A stretch of DNA of 57,021 nucleotides, counting the filler, from Sphacelaria rigidula (lineage: Eukaryota), in the NCBI GenBank assembly GCA_964200075.2. It is 5 parts of 5 records of this genome, joined end to end, with 100 filler letters (N's around TTAATTAATTAA, not from the genome) between each part and the next. Parts side by side here need not be neighbours in the genome. Positions count along the whole stretch, not along the records: positions 45,698 to 57,021 come from CAXNAA020005064.1; 4 more parts are not named here. One strand, given 5' to 3'. Under the pieces are notes generated by a model. That model saw only the letters and a program-made list of their open reading frames with translations, ran no database searches and was not told the origin of the DNA. Numbering within the stretch: the stretch's first letter is position 1; each line of letters starts with the position of its first letter. This document shows, in pieces, positions 48,949-57,021 of the stretch. The translations under genes were made by a program, and so were the position numbers.

Positions 48949-51900
48949 CTTGTTGTCCGCATGATCCAGTCCCCGACTGGTTGGAAGTGACAAGCCTCGC
49001 AAACCATGTGCGTTCGAGACAGAATGGCCAAGTAGCTGCTTACTATTACTATTACTACTGCTACCACTATTACTATTACCATTACTATCACCATCACTAG
49101 TACTATTACTATTGCTATCATTATCTCCGCATATGAGCTCGATTTCTCGAAGCCGTGGTTACAGATGTGAGCTCGTCTTTCCAGTACCGTCGCTACCATT
49201 CCTTAGGGAGCAAACACGAAGCTTCACGAAGCGTAGACTGACTGCCAGAAGCCACCTTGGGGGTTATGATAGGTTGCGACAGGTGCGTGTGCATACCACT
49301 ATCCGCGGCAGGCTACCTACACGTTCAGCAACCAGTATCGCACCTTTTCCACTCCTCTCCCGGAAAAGAAGTGAACGCCAACATGATACTGTGCCGTCGG
49401 TAAGCCCAGGTTCGCCGCCCTGAGGTGCAGCTCGAACCCTTTCTCCCAGTCTTCCTCAAGACCCGCCCTGAGCAGCGCAGCGTACCCAGCGGGGTAATTT
49501 TAACAAACACGTGAGCCCGACCTCAGAGAACGAAGGCGCTTGCGGCGTTTTGTAACTGAGCGTTGTTCCATACCAACGCGGCGTTTTCTGGCGATCCACA
49601 GTGGTACAAGGTAATCGAGCATTCTCTATTCCCAAAGCGGATCGGTCAGAAAACGTTATTCTTGGAGTTTTTGTTCTTCGGAGTGCTCCGAGATATATGT
49701 CTTCTCGACAGAATCACCGAAATTATCTCCGCACCTTCCCGCGCAGTACCAGCTGCCCAGAACGTCGCACGCCGTCGGATCTCCCGTATCCACGGCCACC
49801 TCATACCACCTGCGAGTCAAGTTTGCACAAGCGTCCCGACCAGGCGCGGCATTGTCACCACTGTGCCGCCTCGTTCTTTCCGCCGCGTTCTACTGTATCA
49901 AGGATAGTAATGCGGTGGCCTGCAAAACCGCCAGGAGCTGTACATTCTCCCCCCTAGGTTGCTGCTCCGTCTCGTAAGGGGTGCGTGGTCAATGGTCAAA
50001 CGACTAAGGCAAGTAACAAATGAGTACGCCCCCTCCCCAGGTCACGGAAGCAAAGCATCGACCAACGAAACGATCGCCACGTATCCGCTGCCACGTTTAC
50101 CTGAAATCAGCGTGCCGTCTGCTTGTTCGTTCCACTTTGTGACGGGGAATTTTACTCAAACACAAATTTCGCAAGCTGCGTCCAAAGGCAGACATATACT
50201 CCTCCAACGTCATACTCCAACGTTTCCTGGTATATTCACCAGGGAAAAACCGAATCAACGTAGGATGGGGTGGAGTCCCTACAGGTGATTTCGACGGACA
50301 TGAAGTGAGACCATTCGCAGTACACCCTTCCGGAGGACATGTTGCTGTCGAACCACATGTGATCTCTCATTTCCAGGAACAAAGTGTAAGCTTTTATGCG
50401 CTGTTGCGATGGCAAGAAAGTAATGATGCATTCAATGCTACTGCGGTCATTATCCACGTCTCACTTTGCTGCTCGCTCTTCGTCCTTCTCCCCGCCCCTG
50501 CCTAGAGCTAACATGGCCGCCGTGTTGCTGATGGCCGGAGCGAATCCCTCTGCGGTATCGACGAACAAAAGGGGAGTGGGCACAGACGAAAAATACAACA
50601 AAATTAACACAGCAAAATGTCTCACGGCCATGTTTCAAGGGAGTCAACAATACCACCGTATTATTAATTTTTAAGCAAGCCCTCGACATACGTGTACATA
50701 TATCCACATGATGGTCTTGATGGACTGTCTTAGAAAAAATGAGGGAAAAAAAACCACACGCATTTTATAGTATATGTCCTCACATGAGCTGGTTTCACGC
50801 AGCCACTGCACGCTGCTGCTAGAACCGGACCGTTTCGAGGTGCATACCCCAAGTACCTTGCATGCAAAAGCCACATGACCGACACACCACAAGAGGGGAG
50901 ACACAGGCATAATTTCTTCGACGTTCGAAAAACTGCAGAACAAACGACATTGAGAACCTCCAATTGACGCGTCTCTTCTCCCCTTGTAAGATTCTAGAAT
51001 CACCCCAACATCACGTCGCTGAGCTCAAAGTTTGGGATGTCGTACTACCGTCTCCTCATTGAAAATAATCGGCTCCGCGCGTACTGCCTAGTACCCCCCT
51101 TCGCTCTGCAGATACGTAATTCACGTCCGAACTAACCTCTCGCAGCAGCCATGAAAAGATTGCGTGCACGGGTGTCGTCTTGGGGAATTCCGACGTCATG
51201 ACCTTCCCCCGAAGAGAGAATCAGCGCCAAAGCGTACTGAAGTGGGTACACAGCAACGGGTATGGACACAATTAAGGGCGGGCAAGACTCGTGTAAGGTG
51301 CTGTGCGGTCCCGGCGGTCAACTTTGCATTTCGCCGCTACATTTACCATTAGCGCTGTACACAGGTAATGTAAAAACATATGCATGGCCCACTTATTCAC
51401 CGCTGGAAAAAAAATAAGGTTGTCCTCCGTCCGGTCTGCACATATTATTTCACCACGAAACGATCTACGATTCAGGGGGAGTCTTCGAGTACGCATCTAA
51501 AACGGCATCTCGACCGTATTTTGAAAGCGCTACTTCGGAGCTTGCCGCCAGTGATCCGAAGTCGTGCCTTGACAGCGTGTTCGAAACGGATACATACCCT
51601 GTCCCCTCGGCACAGCACTTGAGCCACAACGATGTGGACATACTTGGTGGGAGCCGCACCAACATGGCTCACACCCGCCATCAACGCTATCTCCTGTCGT
51701 GCCACCTAAGTGACTGTACTGTACTTTTGCTATCTAAGGATTCAGGGACCACACCATTTGCTACGGAACTGTCATTCACAAGCTTTGCAGAAGTCAAACA
51801 CAGAATACTGACGCGGGATCGAAGAAACACGCCATGACTGGATTTTGTAGACGTACACAGCACTCTATCGACCGTACATGCAGAGCCAAGCATAAGAACT

Positions 51901-54900
51901 TTTCAGTTCACCTGTGCTTCAGGAAATCCTCCTTCTGCTAATCGCTCAAACACCTCCACCGCCTGCACGAGGTCATGCTCAGTGCCTTCAGCGTTTCGCA
52001 GGCAAGAGGCATACGAGTACCTGGCGCAGCGAAGAAACGGGGTGGTGGGGTGGACGGAGGGGGGGGGGGGGGGGGGATCGGCTTATCGTTGAAAAGTAAG
52101 CCCCGCTGGTGCAGCGCCAAGTTTTTGCGAGCAGGAGAACTTAACCAATTGATATAGATGTGAGCGATCGTGTACAACGACGAAGAAACGGGGTATTTCA
52201 CGCCACGGTGGTGACAACCTTGCATAAAATTGACCACGCTACAACAGTGAGAGCCGTTTTCTTGAAGCCGTCGTTAGCGTTTGGCAAATCGGGGAATCTC
52301 GCGCCCAAAGTTAGGTAGCTACGGTATACAGTTTCGGTCGCCCCGGTGGCTCAGTCGGTAACCTCGGGACCTTCTGACGGTTGTGTCGTGGGTTCAAATC
52401 TCGGAGCGATCTGGGATTTTACCTTACACCATGCTCAACAGTGGAGAGCGCCTGCTGAACCCCTCTCGCGATAAAAAATGAATGTCAAGCACCGCAGAAG
52501 GAAATTGGAGTACTAAAAACAAACAAAAAATAAAAAAAAACTCTTGTGTTGACCTTCCTCCTGTGTGACCCCGGCTGATGGGCCCACATACACCGAAAGG
52601 TGTAGACGAGCGTCCAGAATATATGGTACGACAACACACAGTCTTGTGCGGAATAAATAGGTTGGTTGTATGGGGGTTTCATGCCATGCCACTTGCTACC
52701 CGTTTCTTTCCCCGTCCTGGACAAGTAACGTGGTCTCGTGTGTAGAGTATCACGATCACACCAATATACCACTCAAGACGTTCGCGTGTACACTATTATG
52801 CACCAATATCCTGCCTATGTTTCATTATCCTTGTTCTATTTGGGTGCATCGCCTTTGTCAGCCTTGCAGCCGGTCTGGGTGGTCGCTAGACTCACGTTGC
52901 CTGGAGGTGTCCTGCATCTGCTGCCTTCTTCCACAGCAAAAACGCCTTCTCTTTGTCTTGAGCCACGCCCTCCCCTCCCTGGAAGCCGGTTGTCACGAAA
53001 ACCAACCGGGAAATTTGTCGAGGTGCGGAGACGACGAAGCATCAACGAGAGAATTTCGACGGCACAGAGCAGTGCGTCACTCCCCACATCAGCACAGATT
53101 TCACGTCAAAATATGTCATCCCCCATCATTGCAACCACTACCCACGGTGGCTGGCTAGCGAGGGTACGCTGCCTCGGCGCGGCATCAAGTGGCGGAGAGA
53201 TAATTACGTGCAATCGGCGAGAAACTTTGGCGTACAATTGATTCACCATACTCTAGGCCATCATCTTCTGTGAATGTTTCGAAGGAAAACGCACTCCACA
53301 GTCTTGGATACGTATACAGTGACAGTAGATACTCTGCAGAATCCAGTGGACGCTAATGCGTGATTGAAAAAATGGTTACTTTGCAGGAAACATACAACAT
53401 CCCACAGAGGCAACTCGAAAGGTGAACGAGGGTCAGCAGTTGTAACACGCCGCGGAGCCACGGTTGCAAACACGAGTGCTCGAAAGTTCCGACCTAACGA
53501 CCCCCGTCGGAGTCAAAGTTTCCGCACATCGGACAGCTCATGACCTACCTAAAATAACTATAATAATAATATAATCGAAAAGGACTCTAAGATCCGCTGT
53601 CCAAAAACGCAAAATACGTGACAGCAGCATCCTAAAAGCCAAAGCGCTACCTTTGCGCTACTCCGCATGCTCGGCTTCCAAGACTGAAGGGAGCAAATGT
53701 GGAAAAGAGGGTCAAATGAGCTAGCTCATGAGCTGTCCGACGGATGCAAGGTTGTCACAATACAACAGTGCTGTACAGTAGTACAACGGTCACCACCGTA
53801 AAGGGAGTAGTACTTTGAGCCCAAATAGCACAGCAATAACGACGGTCCAGAGAAGGGTGGGTGGGCGTGGGGAGTGAACTCTCCCGATGAGGGGTGTCGT
53901 TATGTCATGCAGTGCTTGTCTTGATACACCTGGTATGCTTGTACGTATGGCTGTCCCTCGAGAGGTCGAAAGATAGCACCTTGCGATTCATAGTTCTTCG
54001 GTTGGTCGTATTTGAGGCCTCGAGTCTCGCCCGCAGTCGGACCCTGTGTTTCTTTTCTTTACTTGGCGTCACGCGACGAGTCGGAAAGCCGGGTGCCACC
54101 CCCTGAAGTCCGAATGGCCAGCAGCGGCACCGGATCTTATGAGGTTAGCCATACGTAATCTCTTTCTTCTTCAATAATTATCCCTGTTTTGCAAGGGTAG
54201 GTCGAGTAGAGTATACTCGATTGCGGGGTATTTTAAAAGTCGCACTTAAAGTACACAAATTGGGGGTAGGGTTTTAGGGATCGCTTCACAGCTATTTTTG
54301 GGTTACGACTCCTCAAACTCCACCCTAATTTGAGTACCTCAAGTGCGTCTTTCAAAATCCCCCGCAATTGAGTATACTCTACTCGACCTGCCCTTGCTGT
54401 TTTGCTAGTATCGCGTTTTGTGAGTTTTAATCTGGGTCTATTTGTTTTTTTTTGTTATTTTGCTAGCCTGTGACCACGGAAGGCGTCCGCATCAGATGCC
54501 CAGTACTCGTACGAATGTACCGCGCAGATATCGGAACGGTTTTTAATGTGAAGACAACAACAACAACAACTTCGAAGAGAAGGAAATGTGTTGCGTTCAA
54601 GTACTGTACTGTATTCTGCTTCCCAATTTTCCAAGCACTCACAGTAAACAAGGCGTTGGCCGTGACATAGTTTTCCGCAGGCGACTTGTACCAGTCGTCG
54701 CTCCACGCCTGGGATGCTTGTGCTGCTGCCAGTACTCTCCCTTCACATTCCAGGGCCTGCCCTGGGGGAGCAAGCTCTTCCATTGCCTCCCTTACCCGTG
54801 CCAGATGTACGGCATACCGGTTGGGTAACGCAGACGCTCTAGCCGACGATGACATCATTTGTGGCGCCAGGTTCCTGACGGAACCGCCAAACGTACCCAG

Positions 54901-54912
54901 TGCACGCCTCAT
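47802..54912 (-). CDS. Sel1-like repeat protein, 9 exons, 368 aa, ~7 repeats, probable mitochondrial presequence
   Basis: Phase-consistent GT-AG exons: 54912-54643, 52978-52896, 52020-51912, 51236-51137, 50549-50465, 49809-49735, 49467-49344, 48701-48612, 47972-47802 (1107 nt). Spliced product includes NALFTGGEGVAQDKEKAFLLWKKAADAGH, AQYHVGVHFFSGRGVEKDLPEAARWFEKAADSG, MLNLAKMTAKGMGVREDRKRA. N-terminus MRRALGTFGGSVRNLAPQMMSSSAR is R/S/A-rich with no acidic residues. Confidence 0.9.
48133..48493 (-). mobile_element. tRNA-derived SINE, copy 2, with (AAC)n tail, in Sel1 intron 8
   Basis: Head GGTCGCCCCGGTGGCCTAGTTGG...GGGTTCAAATCTCGGAGCGATC; same body as the other copies. Confidence 0.85.
48916..49125. 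repeat. (AT)n and (TAC/TAT/CAC)n microsatellites in Sel1 intron 7
   Basis: AT run 48916-48946; degenerate trinucleotide array ~49040-49125. Confidence 0.9.
49960..50040 (+). mobile_element. LINE-like family A 3' fragment in Sel1 intron 5
   Basis: GCTCCGTCTCGTAAGGGGTGCGTGGTCAATGGTCAAACGACTAAGGCAAGTAACAAATGAGTACGCCCCCTCCCC. Confidence 0.75.
52336..52640 (+). mobile_element. tRNA-derived SINE, copy 3, in Sel1 intron 2
   Basis: GGTCGCCCCGGTGGCTCAGTCGG (A box) ... GGGTTCAAATCTCGG (B box) ... CCTGTGTGACCCCGGCTG ... CGTCCAGAA. Confidence 0.85.
54192..54396. mobile_element. 205-bp hAT-like MITE with long TIRs and perfect 8-bp TSD, in Sel1 intron 1
   Basis: CAAGGGTAGGTCGAGTAGAGTATACTC... / ...GAGTATACTCTACTCGACCTGCCCTTG; TSD CTGTTTTG at 54184-54191 and 54397-54404. 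Confidence 0.92.
54463..54570 (+). mobile_element. Retroposon family B 3' end with (ACA)n tail, in Sel1 intron 1
   Basis: CCTGTGACCACGGAAGGCGTCCGCATCAGATGCCCAGTAC...GAAGACAACAACAACAACAAC. Confidence 0.8.
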
Positions 54913-55717
54913 CCTGTCGTTGTTGGTGTAGTGGAGTAGACTCCTTGCCCAAGATAGCGCAAGTGCGATATTTCAGGGCCAGCTCTAGCCTCCGTGAGGT
55001 ACCCTGGTGAAGCCTGTGTTCTTGGCACGTGAACGCAACCAGCAGGCCGTCCGCAGGGCACACCGCGTCGAGGAAGGAACAAGATGAACGATGGTAGAAG
55101 GGTTCTAGGTTAGGAAAAGCCGTAGCAAGACGTGCAGCAATCGCCAGGGCGCGCAATAGTTATGTGTGAGGGTATTTTGGGATGCGTAATAGCTTTGCGC
55201 GAGGGCGTTTAAGTGTAGTGGCAGCGTAGAGCGGTGGAGGTTGTGGGTGGAGCAAGATGACTCCATTTAAGTCGGGGTGATTGATTCCGGTTGGGACGCA
55301 CGAAGTACGTACGCGTCTGTGCGTCTGTGGTCTGTGTGACCTTGTCACCAATGACGATGAATACCACCCTTCACTACGTGGTCAACATTACGTTTACAAT
55401 AACGATCTCCTCGGGGTCTATGACTACCACGCCACCAAATTGAGTGTCATTAGTGATGATATTTCCATTAATTTTGATAAACCGGTCTCTGAGGGGTCGG
55501 ACTACCTCTATTTTGAAGAGAATTGATGCTGAAAGTTCGGAGGGGTGTTATACCCCATCAACGAGTGTATCGTAACTTGTCTCTGACGTAACGATAAGCT
55601 GTCCCGCGTTCATGCGACGGTGAAACTACAGCTGTGGTGCTTCAGTTTCTACGGTTGCCCGCGGAGAAAACACCAAGTGTTCACAGGGGGAGGTGAACAC
55701 AGGCACAGTAGATTTTT

Positions 55718-56065
55718 ATGTATGCATGGCATGTGCTCCACATTATTACCGCCTGTGTCGGATTCGTCACCACCACGAATAACGTAAACAGCGCTAACGC
55801 TTTCGTCGGCAGCACCAGCAACAGCGGTATAAGCAGAAGGGGGGAAAAACGGTTTTACCGTAATCACGCTGAGGCTGCTCAGGTGCGAGGGCTGCATACT
55901 GGCCGGATCGCAGATCAGTGTGTCTCTAGCGGGCGGTTTGAAGTGGTCGACGCCATACGGATGCGAGGGGGGAGTACCGAACGTGACGGGAGTCTGTCGT
56001 GGCGGTATCGCGGCGGCGGAGAGAGGGCACGTTTGCCACGTGTTCAGCAATGTGCGGCAGAACAG
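55718..56065 (+). CDS. Possible first exon of a gene divergent from the Sel1 gene, perhaps plastid-targeted or secreted
   Basis: MYAWHVLHIITACVGFV (hydrophobic), SANAFVG (ASAFAP-like), RMRGG/RYRGG, donor CAG|GTACCA; later exons unresolved. Confidence 0.3.
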
Positions 56066-57021
56066 GTACCACTGCTACTGTTACTGTTGTACTTTGTACT
56101 GTACTGCACTGTACTGTTATCGGTGTTATTTATTTTCGATGATATCGAGGCTGTGTTTTTGAAGGTTAGACGCCAAGAAAACCCGCACCTCGCTTGTGAT
56201 GACGCCGAAACTTGGAGGATATGTTGATTGGTACTACAGCAAGGTGTCGGAGCCGCAGCCGTGGCTGCACAAGGCGCTGATGGCCCGATCTGCATTGAAA
56301 CGGTGGATACCATTCTCATCACATTCTTTGTCTTCTCACCACCTCCTGTCTGATGACGAATGTAGTATGTACAATTTCGGTCAGGCTCGCAGACCTCACG
56401 GATCCTACAGGCGTCATCGTCAATCTTCGCCCAGTTAGGGATGATCGCTCCCAGAAGATCAGAAAATAAACAGGATGTAGACCCAACCATATATGTAAGG
56501 ATTCAGGCTGAACGTTTGCCGGTCTGAAAGGCTCGACACGTCAAGGTTAAGCCTATCTCACCGACCGCTGCGTTCCGCCATGCACCCTGCCCCACGTATC
56601 CGACAAGTGGGCAACATGCCCGCACAGACAGAAGCGATGCTAGTGGATACACGATCCTGACAGTCTGGCAGCCGGCAAGGTAGTTATGGTAGTGCCCCTC
56701 TAGCAATATCAACTGACAGTGCACTGCCGCAGAGTTCACAGATGAATATTTTGGCGATTGCCTCACCTGCAGTTCGCCCAGATGTAGTGGATTTTTCCAC
56801 CATCTCACCGCGCCAGATTATATGTGAAAATGTATCAGATCCTGCATTATCTTGAAATGTCCCAGCCCCTGGACGAAGATTCTACAGTCAGTACGAAGAC
56901 GGTGTTAAAAGCAGTACGTATATAATATATTGCCGACTACACAATACCTCAAGTCGGTAACCGCAACGCTATACTTCGAGACAACAACAGTGTGTAAAAA
57001 TCTCCAGGGTATCAAATGCTA

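Noticed and set aside
52336-52412. tRNA gene (also 18845-18923 and 48415-48493)
   Set aside because: Poor acceptor and D stems, and always fused to the same body and tail: SINE heads, not tRNAs.
54839-55156. Upstream extension of the Sel1 gene
   Set aside because: Different frame from exon 1 and no Sel1 similarity; the ATG at 54912 already gives a coherent N-terminus.

Overview
Eukaryotic, intron-rich, TE-rich DNA, most likely a brown alga (Phaeophyceae, Ectocarpus-like); the taxon is inferred from gene types, splice sites and repeats. The window is five equal-length contigs (11,324-11,325 bp) joined by artificial 100-bp N/TTAATTAATTAA spacers, so adjacency across gaps is probably not biological. 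Contig 1 holds a complete 4-exon minus-strand adhesin/receptor-like gene (~1510 aa: signal peptide, 3 LNR-like repeats, PMP/GGA beta-helix repeats, multi-TM tail) and a possible Copia relic. Contig 2 holds the first exon of RLP24, a tRNA-derived SINE, MITEs and LINE 3' ends. Contig 3 holds probable exons of a low-complexity minus-strand gene. Contig 4 holds a decayed Ty3/Gypsy element whose Pol has a C5-cytosine-methyltransferase-like domain (no catalytic Pro-Cys, split by a 247-bp MITE) between RNase H and integrase, plus chromo-like and Tudor-like C-terminal domains; this is the most interesting signal. Contig 5 holds a complete 9-exon Sel1-repeat gene (368 aa) with SINE, LINE and MITE insertions in its introns.
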